Assembly: GCF_037042905.1 (NCBI RefSeq)
Contig: NC_087252.1
Location: 20,276,001 to 20,340,000, forward strand
Length of the DNA stretch: 64,000 bases
Direction of reading: 5' to 3'
From: Lytechinus pictus
Taxonomy: Eukaryota
The translations under genes and the position numbers were made by a program. Under the pieces are notes generated by a model, which saw only the letters and a program-made list of their open reading frames with translations, did not search any database and was not told the DNA's origin. This document shows positions 26,673-37,099 of this stretch, piece after piece; the first letter of the stretch is position 1; every line of letters starts with the position of its first letter.

Positions 26673-27914
26673 TTTACTCGATATAGCACCAGCTCAAAGT
26701 TGCGTATAAAATGAATAGCGAAGGGGAGGAGCGGCTCAAACACGTCCTTACTCTACTCGGTCATGTCGGCTTTTTTGGTTTCCCAGATCGATTGTACATA
26801 ATACAGTCAATGTCTTTTGGCGGCCATTTTGAAAGTCAAAATACAATATTTAACACAAATATGAAACCCGAATAATATATTTCGTTGCAAATTATATTTG
26901 AAGACAGTATTCCACTAATTTACCACAAAAAAATACGTTTTAGTGCTCACCTTGTGATTGTTTTTGTCCTCTCTCACATCGTAGATCATAATTTTAGGGC
27001 CTTTGGCGGTCATATTAAATATCAAAATACAGGGTTTATCACATACATGGCATGTTAAATAATAAATTTCGTTAACAATAATGTTTTTAGTCAGTATTCC
27101 ACTCGTTTATCTCAACAAAATGCATTTTAGTGCTCACTCTTGTGATTTTTTGTGTCACCATTCACATTGTACATAATAGTGTTAGGGCTTTTGAAGGCCA
27201 TTTTGAATATCAAAATACAGGATTTATCACATAACTGACATAAAAAAATGATATATATCGTTAGCAATCATGTTTACAGACATTGCTTCACTCATAGATC
27301 ATAATTACTTGCATTTCAGTGCTCAATCTTGTAAAAATTAATTTTCCCCATTCATATTGTACAGGGTTCTATGATGGCGGCCATTTTGATATCAAGAAAA
27401 TAAATATTTTGACAAAAATCATTTTTTCAGATATTATTTCACTCCGGCAGCACAATTGCATGTACTTTAAAGCCAATGTGTGGACAATTTTATGATTTTC
27501 ATGGGTAATTTGAATATTTTGGCGGCCATATTGGATTTTGCCAATTTGCAGAAAACGCTCAAGGTTACACGAGTGGCATCATTCAGATTCGGAATCAGCA
27601 CCCTCGAATTGACAAGAAACCATAAAAAAACATTGTATATATAAAAAAAACAAGGTTCGACCCCTTCTATCCTGGACTAATGGGTCGGGGAGTTGTGACT
27701 GGTAGTGTATATAAATCAACCGATTATCACTAGACACATCCTGTTGGTGTGTTGTTTAACTATGACAAAAATGTTTAAAATATGATAATATTGTAGTGGT
27801 GAATTAAAGTTATACTTACACAATTTTGTGAAAGAAATGGATAAAGAGAACAATGGCAGGCGCAAGGTTCCTCCGAGTTATCTGCCCTTTGGAAAAATTG
27901 GTGATGCCGAAAAA

Positions 27915-27986
27915 TTTCTCTGCCGGAAATCGAACCCGGGGTCCCAGCTTTGAACTCCGGTTCCTTAACCACGAGACCACAGAGAC
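27915..27986 (-). pseudogene. tRNA-like sequence (72 nt; putative anticodon TCA), probably repeat-derived
   Basis: GTCTCTG-TGGTCTCGTGGTTAAGG-A-ACCGGA-GTTCAAA-GCTGG-GACCCCGGGTTCGATTTCCGG-CAGAGAA: A box, B box (GGTTCGATT), TCTCTG/CAGAGA acceptor stem. Confidence 0.5.
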
Positions 27987-28119
27987 GGGATAGTGGCTAG
28001 GGCGCCCCCAATCCGATTGACAGATTTTCTTCTTTTGTCCGGTGTAGGTAAGGTGGGTTTTAAACAATAAGTGGTTAAGGCACCGGCGTTCAAAGCTGGA
28101 TTGCCAAAGCTGTTATACG

Positions 28120-28345
28120 CGAAAAAATGTTTGATATTGTCTTTTTGAATGTTTGTTTTGATACGAAATACAAACAGGCAAAAATGATGTTTATTTGACT
28201 TGAATACAATTTTCATGAATTGATAAATTGCGTTGCCTTAATACATTAATCAAAGAAGAAAGTTATGTTCATCTCTATGGACAAACACTGTACATGGTAT
28301 CATTCGGGGATTTCCAATGCTCCTTCATTGTGTTATCATTACTAA
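28120..28345 (+). repeat. Dispersed partial copy of the ~400-bp tandem unit at 42881-44065
   Basis: Shared TTTGACTTGAATACAATTTTCATGAATTG...CTATGG(A/G)CAAACACTGTACAT; ORF-track peptides MKIVFKSN recur. Confidence 0.8.
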
Positions 28346-29589
28346 ATGTGCATCTTTCGGGGAGGTGTCAATGGGTAGTCTATTCAACGACAATGAGTGT
28401 CGAATAGCCTTAAAAATAGATGGAAAAAAAGCAAGGGAAAGCACAGTGGTCGCCCAACTACCCTATATGACGACCCCCAAGATTTTTTTCTCGACTTCGA
28501 AGAAGGGGTATTGATGAACATAAGTAGGGAGCGAACATTCCGACATTCTGAATCTGAGTATGAATCACTAAAACAATTTCAAACTGAACTCCATTAACAC
28601 GAAATCATGAGTCATTCATTTCCCGTATGGGGTGTACATGATTACAAAGCTATCGAAGAATATAACACGTCGACAAATGCTGCTGAATTTGGCAATCGTT
28701 ACGAAAAGCTTGACAACTCATCGCAAAATTATTTTTCATCAATTCAATGCGATGAATCTTGTACATACACTTGTATATGAATGTCAATGCCACGAACACG
28801 CGGTTAAGAATTACAAAAGAAGTTGTAGGATGGAATGTCTGTAGTTTTGGGTGTGTGTTTTAGTATGTGCGTGTGTGCACGTGTGAGAGAAATAGAGTCA
28901 CACCTGTGTTGGTCGGTGTACGTATATAAGCAAGGAGGTTCCATCCCGAAACATACTTCGCTTGAGGGCATGTGTTTCATGTATATTTCCGGCTCACGAT
29001 TTAAACATTAGTTTTGAGGATAAGTGGTCGATTGATAAAGCGCCTGACTACAACAGTTTGGGGTTTCATTCCTGGGATATTTACGCCCAAGAGCAGTAGT
29101 ATTTTACCTGCAATGTCCATTTTATCGTATCTCAAATAGAGCAAGTACTATATTGGTACCACCATTTGTACATTCTTTTCTAACCAACAAATAACTATAA
29201 AATTTGAAAATCATATTAACAGTGCCAAACCTTTAGGACACGACTGTACAATTATATATTGTCTCTACAAATGTTCATCCTTCTTGTTGTTCAATGCTCA
29301 AAACCTTCTCCACAGCTTGATCATGATGCGATCGATACATTCGCAATCAATTTGGCGTTGAGCCAGAGATAGTTGGTTTTCCCTACGATCAAAAGGCACC
29401 AACTAGTACGCCAACCGATTGCAAAGCATTAATTGTTATTTTATTCTATATTACTCCTTTTGTGACGAAAGACCTTCCTTTTGAGTATTTTGCACACTTC
29501 ACTTAGGTGACGTGTGGAGACCCAGATCAAGCTCTAGCTTGTACGGAAGCTTTAAAGTGCCATCGACTTGTAGAATTGGTGAGATAAAG

Positions 29590-29841
29590 TAAAAAAAAAA
29601 TCATTGTTCGAAATAGACATATGAAATACTCCGAAAATTTTGCTTTTCCCAATCGATCGTGGGCCCGGCAGCCGCTGTGTAGTGCTAGATCGACGAGGGT
29701 TTATCCCTATATCGTTGAACGCCAAACAGGATAGCAACAACTCATATTTATAAACGTCTGTTGGTCTGACGTGGCCGGGGTTTGAACCCCGACCTCCCGG
29801 TTGTGAGACGGACGCTCTACCAACTGAGCCAACACACCGGT
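29590..29841 (-). mobile_element. tRNA-derived SINE
   Basis: Head ACCGGTGTGTTGGCTCAGTTGGTAGAGCG...GGGGTTCAAACCCCGG (A/B boxes), followed by a ~170-bp body and a T-rich tail. Confidence 0.8.
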
Positions 29842-30057
29842 CAATGGTTCTCTCTCAGCATACATAACAATATCATTGTGTTGACTTGGCGAGATATAAT
29901 GTCTCGCCAAGTTGAAATATAACTTTTCATATGTAGACTTAGCGATATAATATATCGGGCCAAATTGACAAATTTCTTGTAGGTCTATGTCGACTTGGGG
30001 ATAAAAAGTGTCTAGTCAAGTTGACATGTCGACATATCTCGCCATAACGTGTAGTGG

Positions 30058-31045
30058 GTTGAAGTCAATATCCTTAAGACAAATTTTGTGCTATTTAGTA
30101 ATACTTTGCAAAATCTTCCTGGAGATTTCATTTTGAACGATACGCTTCTCAACAGAGTCACTTCAATTGAATTCTTAGGGCTTATGATTGACGATAAGAT
30201 GATATTGAATATTTTAATGTATCCAAAAAAATGTCGCGAAATATTGGTATAATAAATAAAATTAAACATTTTTTTCCAGAAATCAACACTTTTTATACTT
30301 TACTTTCCACTAATACTTCCATATTTCAATTATGTAATATTGACATGGGGTAATGCATACGCAAATCTCACCGACAAAATACTTATTCTACAAAAGAAGG
30401 TTATAAGGATTATAAAGCTCTTAATCGTTCCAATACCGATGATTTGCTCTACAAGTCGAATATCCTAACATTTCCGGATTCGTTTCTTTTTCATACAGGG
30501 CAATTCATGTACAAATTGAACGTAAATGTTCTACCAAACATATTGAATATTATGTCTACAAAAAAGAAAACACCATAATACCAAACTCGACAATGATTCC
30601 TCCGTTTCCATCTTCCCCGCACTCGCACTCTCTTTGTGCAGAAAGCTTTTTACGGTCCTAAATACTGGAATTCTTTCAGGAATAACATTAAAAACAAGCT
30701 GAACAAAAAACAATTCTCGAAATATATAGAGCGAAATCAACTGAGCGATCGGTACCCAACTTTGTCCTACTTATACTCTCCACCTTATTTTTCTTCTTCT
30801 CTCTGTCTCCTTCCTCTCTTCCTCTTTCACCAACAGCTATGCATCACTCTATCCGCTGGGTTACTTTTCATTCTCCTTCCATTTATTGCATATTCCATAT
30901 TGCAAATGTTAAATCAACTTTATTCATTTTCGTATGTTATACTTATACCTAAAAATCTATATTTTATCGAATTCATTGAGGGATCCACATTTAACAAGCC
31001 CTGCTTTTCTCAACTTCTATTTTATTAATAAAGATTAATAAAAAT
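30058..31045 (+). mobile_element. Decayed CR1/L2-group LINE 3' fragment
   Basis: Degenerate FLGLMIDDK...SRNIGII...LILPYFNY..LTWG...LQKK...GPKYWN, then a 3'UTR ending in TTAATAAA. Confidence 0.75.
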
Positions 31046-34000
31046 AGCCTGCAAATGTTTAATCGAGATTGTTCTAGATCTTTATTTAACAACATTGTAT
31101 ATATCATAGGTGTAGATGATTATCATTATAGTTTATTGCTTACCGAAAACTTTACTTCATTTGTAATTACGGAATACGTGGAGTTGCCTGGTCATGGATA
31201 AAAAGTTATCTTTCAAATCGACAACAGTTCGTCTCTATTAATGATATCAAATCTCCGCTGTCCTCTCTTAATTGTGGAGTGCCACAAGGTTCGATTTTGG
31301 GACCACTTCTGTTTTTAATATATACCAATGATATAGTAAATTCTTTCGTTTATTTTATATGCTGACGACACCAACATTTTGTTATCTCACAGAAACTTCG
31401 ATGAATTGATAAATAGAATGAATTTGGAATTTAAAAAATGTTTCGTCATGTTTTGAATGTAACAAGTTATCCTTAAACATAAGTAAAACCCATTTTGTTC
31501 AATTTTCAAACTACTCATAGGAATGATGATTTTCCCCAAGACATTCTAATTGACAATGAGCCCATAGACAAAGAAAAATATGTGAAATTTCTTGGTATTA
31601 CAATAGACAAACATTTATCATGGAACCAACATGTAAGCAATATATCCTCATCAATGGCTAAAGGAATTAGAATATTAAAAGTATTTTTTGCCGGAACATT
31701 CCCTTTTAATAATATACAATGCTTTGGTACTACCATATATTAATTATTGTAACCTTATTTGGGGAAACTGTAGTAAAACTAGCATTGAACATTTACTTTT
31801 ATAACAAAAGAAAGATGCAAGGATCTGCACAAAATCAACATATCTTTCACACACTGATCCTCTTTTTTATCGTCTAAAAACGTATAATAAATGATATAAA
31901 TACTTTACAAATAGCTATTCTTATGTATAAATATCATTACAAACTCTTTCCTCTTGTATTTACCGATTTCTTTTCATATAATAACAACTTACATTCATAT
32001 CCAACACGGACTTGTCAGAATATTCACTTAGGCAATCCTAGAACACTATTAGCACTTACAACACTTATGGGGTGTTGCAAGAAACTTGCAATTGAACGCA
32101 AATCGAACGCAACTCCCAAAATTGAGCGTAAGTCCTCCGATTAAACGCAAATCTGCAATTGAACGCACGTTACGTTCAATCCTGTTGCAAGAAGAAGTTG
32201 CGTTTGATCAATTGAACGTAGATCAAGCGCAAGCTTTGCAATTGATTGCAAATCGAACGTAACTTATGTAAGATTTTGTAGGATGCGCAAAATTTGCGTT
32301 CGATTTACGTTCAATTGATTGTCCATAGGCTTGTGTACTAAAAATTCTGCAAATTTTTTTTTTGTATTTTGTTTTGAAAACTTGTGTAAATTATGCCATT
32401 TTCAATTTTCCATGGGTTTTTTTCAAGAAAAACTTGAAATAATGTTATTTTCAATCTTTATAGGCCTCTTCAGCAATTATGCCATTATTTTCACACAATT
32501 TCAGTACATTCTCTCCTAATATCATTTTAAAGTGTGTCAATAACCAAAAATATTCTACTCTTGTTATCAGAGGTCATGGAATATTCAAATTGTGATTTCT
32601 GAAATAATTTGTATAAAAATGTTGAAGAAATAATAACTCTCCATAGGCACAAAAGCCACTCTTTATTAGAAACACTTCATGCACTGGCAAATGCTTATCA
32701 ATATTTCTGAGCATTTGCAGTAAATACAACTCAGAATATGTTTTGCAATGGCACTAAATTGCTTAAATGCTTTCATTCATACATATCATAATGAATAACA
32801 TGCCCAATTAAGTTATTTTAGTTTGATTTTCAAATAAAACATACATTTCAGGAGATTGCTACACTTCAAAATCTGAAGCTCTCTTGTTTCTCTCTCTTTA
32901 ATCATGAGATTGCATCGTAGATATACATCACACTTGCATACAGGGATGAGGTCGAGGCTGATTCTTCCGAGTCATGAGGCAGCTTGAGAGAACTTCCCAT
33001 AGATTATGTACAGTGACTCGGACCAAGGCCAGCAAAATGTTGCCTCGAGGTCAGCATTGACTACATCCCTGCTTGGACTTGAAAAGATCCATTGATCTGT
33101 GCACAAAAAAGAACACTGCTCAAGACATTCATTATTGATGGACCTTTTATTTTCATTTTCAATGTTTCTTGCTCTCGAGGAATTACTTCTGAGATTCAGT
33201 TATATGAAATAAAAATTTCATATCATCTTAATCAAGTGTTTCACCACAGAATGTCTTGTTTGAAATTGATGTGTCTCATGCAGAAGACCACAGTCCTTAA
33301 AGTTGGCATGAAGAATCCATAGAAGTCCAGTCAGGAAAGCCCCAATCGTCTCTGCTTGAAGGAACAAATCTGGTTTCCAGAAGCAGTCTAATTTGAGATA
33401 AATTTGGAGAGCTCCATGGAGTGAAGTTTTTAAACAAGCAACGCCCTCATTCTGAAGTCCACTCTTATAATGATGTTACTACAGACAGGAGCAGCTCTGA
33501 ATTCAGTTCTGATAATCAACCTGTTCATAAAAAATAATAATATGGGAAATAATGCAAGCCCATAACTATACATAGCTCGGGTTAGTTCAAATTTTGTCCT
33601 TTCAGTGCAAGAACGCCCTTAGCAAAACATTTTTGTGCACCCATCGGTGCAGAAATGCCCCGATGTCTGCTGGTAAGGGCCTTGTTTGCACCCAAATGAT
33701 GATATGATAGAGGGATAGTGGCTTACTCCTGAGACCATAGTAATTGGCAATTTGCCATGATGTAATCTAAAAAAGTGTGAACTGATTGTTTTTCCCCAAA
33801 TAAAAGAATCACGGAAATTAAAATATTCAATAAATTAAATCAACGAAAGCAAAATACACACTTTCATACAGTACACCTTGGATGAGCACAACCACCCCCT
33901 CCCCTCCCCCCATCAATGGGATGTCTTCATTGCTGAGAAGTCCAGTCAAGATAGAGATTTGTGTTAACCTTTTTCATTTTGCATTATCCTTGGGTCAATG

Positions 34001-35044
34001 TGTACAGATTTCACCCCCATCCGCATTACGATCATGGTGAATTATTAATAATAATACAGTTTACATGTAACCTACCATTCAAGAGTTGATAAAATGAATC
34101 AATCAGCTGGTTGCAAGAACACACATTGTAGCAGACACAGTTATGGTGGTTCTGAGGTTCCAGACTTCTTTGTCATAACTGTAGTAAGCAATTAAAAGCA
34201 AAAAGCAAAGAGATAAAACATATTCATGAAATGAATATACAAGCTCAGTTGCCAGTGTGTTAATCATTATAGCATTCCAAGGGTGTTTTGATTAAAGTCA
34301 CTTCTGGCCTGGGGAGGGGCACTATGGTTCCTCAGCCATGGGCGGCGCAATTAAAAAAAATATGAAATCATACCTTTTGCTTTAAATTTACTAAAAAAGC
34401 TCGTAATAGAATGCCAAACTTTGGTGTACATATTCCTTTCTAGAGCAATCCTAACAACTTTACTTTAAAAAATCTGGTATCAAAATAAATTCCTTTCAAT
34501 TCATGTTTTTTTTTAATATTTTTTCTTAACTTCTTTAATTTTTTTTATTGTTATTTTCAAGACAAAGTTCATCAGTGACATTAAATTACAAAATTACCCA
34601 GTTATGAATATTGACTTTTTACATGTTATCATGTTTTTGTCTGACATGTACTTAAAGAAACATAATGTTGCAAAATTTCCTGACCCTGTACCTGGGAATG
34701 GCAAATTTAGTATCAAAAGTTGTGTGAGACTTGAAAGTAAAACGTCAGTCAGCGGTGCGGGAATAAAATTTTGAGTGGCAGATTTATTCTGAAAAATGTC
34801 AAGGGGGACCATATGCCATATGCCCCCCCCCCCCGAGTATTGTGCTTGATGTAAAAGGATGTAAAAAAAAACATGATTATGCATTCAATATTAATAATGA
34901 TGCACCATATGAGACACCCTTTAACTGAAAGCACCTGGTAAAGCATTGTAATCATCCATTTAACAATTTAAAGTGAAAAAAAAATTGTCATCTATATAGC
35001 ACCTCATGTGCTTGCATGAAAATCAAGAGTCAGCTACATAGTAG

Positions 35045-36019
35045 CCCAGGGGGGGGGGGGGTACTCACGAGATAAGGCATATGGGGATATGCCGCAGGAA
35101 TGGGTCGCCTTTTTTGAAGAAATCCCTAAACATGGCGTATGGTTTTATGCTGGAAAATCCCTAAGTATGGCCCAATTTTTAGTTAATGTCCTTAAATATG
35201 GGTCCATATTCTACTCCAATGTCTTAGGTGCAAATACAAAATGACCTTACATTTTGGGCGATAACCTTTTTTTTTTTGCTTGTGTGGTAAAATTATAGGT
35301 AATGGTATAAGTATAACCTGTGAGGGAAAAGGGGGAAAGTGGGATTAGCAGAAGGAATCACAGATATACTCACCAGTCAGAAGTTGGTGCAAGGCACGTT
35401 GAAAATAATGATAAACCAAAAAGCAGGCTCAAAGAATGATGTTGCTGTGATATATATTTGCTGTAGATAGTTGATATTGGTGTGACGTATTCTTGGTGTA
35501 GATGTAGATAAAACTCGAAGGGCGAAAGGGCGAAGCAAAAGGTAGATTTGTGTAGAAACACAGACGTCCTCGTCTCGCACCGGTCGACTCTCCAAGTGAT
35601 CATCAGATCACTTGGCTGGCCTGACTATGCAGCTATGCTGAGACCTGAGTTGTGCACCCAAGCATGGATGAATGCACAGGGCTTGGGTCTATTGTTGTGT
35701 GCACACAGCCTCTAGCCCATAGTATATGTGTATTCTATGCTCCAACCAAGGAGGTAGTTGCTCCAACCCATCCCACAGTAGTACATGTATGTAGGGAGCA
35801 GTCGCGCGTGCCCCAGACTGTGGTACATTTTACCACACTTGTCAAGTTTTTCCAGGCGAAAATGTGCCCCCCCCCTTTTGGAAATCCTGGATCCGCCCCT
35901 GTAATGAATCCCTAATAATGGATACCTTTTTAGACAAAATGACCTGTAAATATGGGTACGGGTTTCGAACTTACAGCCACACACCTTTGTCCAAACCAAA
36001 TCTAAGTACCTCCCCCCGG
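35045..36019. mobile_element. Nested MITE with CCC(A/G)GGG..GTACT / AGTAC..CCCCGG ends
   Basis: Termini CCCAGGGGGG...GTACTCA and AAGTACCTCCCCCCGG; internal AATCCCTAA..ATGG repeats; probably contains further insertions. Confidence 0.5.
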
Positions 36020-36493
36020 CATAGTAGATCTACATATTGAATCTAAAAAATAAATGTATTTACATGTATATTTTTTATATTTATATGAGATGAATATTAA
36101 AAATGTGACTCATACGGCACATCATTACAAATCAACGACACAAATACTGTCCTTGCAAAGAACCTCTTGTGCAATCTGCCCGTAAGAAATTTAAAAAGAG
36201 CCCTGGGCAGGCAACATCCTATTCAATGTCAAAACTTCCCCAAGAATGTGGCAGATGTGGACAATAGATTCTGAAAAGTAGCCCAATACATGTAGACCCC
36301 CTATACCTTTGTTTCCTTTTCTTGTCTGGCGAGATATACGGAGTCTGGAGAACCCTCCCCCCAAAATAAAAAAATAATAATAATAAATGATTAATTTTTT
36401 TATCCTCCAAAGACAAAAGTCGAAACAGCAAAATTTTCACTTTATCCCAGGCCAGGCCAAGGAAAGTCATAAAAAGGGAGGTTAACGGTAGAC

Positions 36494-37099
36494 TACCTCG
36501 AGCGAAGTTCGTGCAGTCTCCACTCCACTTCACTACCGCTACACTACGCTCCACCTACACAAACTTCGAGACCGTGAACTCTATCTGATATTCCGAGAGA
36601 CAAAGGTGGGATTTTATGGGGGAAAATATAAAATTCATGCAACATCACGACCTTTAAAAACAATTGAATTTAATATTCTTACTTTACACCAAGTTTCACT
36701 TCTTTTCCATACTTCTATCAGTCTCAATATTGGTGATTTAGAGTCAACATGAAGTTCCTCACACGTATAAATAATTCGCTGCCGATTTCAAAACATTGCA
36801 TGCACGCGCGATACGGCAGCGAATTATTTATTTGTGTGAGGAACTGCATGTTGGCTCTAAATCACCAATTTTGAGACTGATAGAAGCATGGAAAAGTGAA
36901 ACTTGGTGTAAGAATATTAGTTAGGTCTAATTGTTTTTAAAGATCGTGATGTTGCATGACTTTTATATTTTCCCCCCATAAAATCCCACCTTTGTCACTC
37001 GGAATATCAGATAGAGTTCAGTCTCGAATTTCGGGTAGGTGGAGCGTAGTGTAGCGGTAGTGAAGTGGAGTAGGGCCTGCATGAACTTCGCTCAAGGTA
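36494..37099. mobile_element. ~600-bp foldback MITE (arms ~290 bp, loop ~29 nt)
   Basis: TACCTCGAGCGAAGTTC...ATAATTCGCTGCCG [loop] CGGCAGCGAATTAT...GAACTTCGCTCAAGGTA. Confidence 0.92.

Larger units (their letters stand above)
17504..26769 (-). mobile_element. Full-length L1/Tx1-clade non-LTR retrotransposon (~9.3 kb)
   Basis: 5'UTR, ORF1, long spacer, EN-RT ORF2, 3'UTR with AATAAA and a short poly(A) at 17504-17513. Host-element subrepeats resume on both sides. No clear TSD. Confidence 0.9.
15707..27679. mobile_element. Long-TIR non-autonomous DNA transposon with TAG...CTA termini (Academ-like), interrupted by the LINE
   Basis: TAGTCCAGGATAG...GGGTCGAACCTTG...GATTCCGAATCTGAATGATGCCACTC mirrored at 27570-27679. 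Internal ~195-bp subrepeats carrying CAAAATGGCCGCC flip orientation near 17240. Superfamily call rests on the termini only. Confidence 0.8.

Noticed and set aside
29770..29841. Possible functional tRNA gene
   Set aside because: No proper acceptor stem, and it continues into a SINE body and tail.
33400..33465. GLQNEGVAC resembling a USP Cys box (GLxNxGNTC)
   Set aside because: Partial match only, no His box found, and the frame is interrupted; not enough to name the cargo gene.
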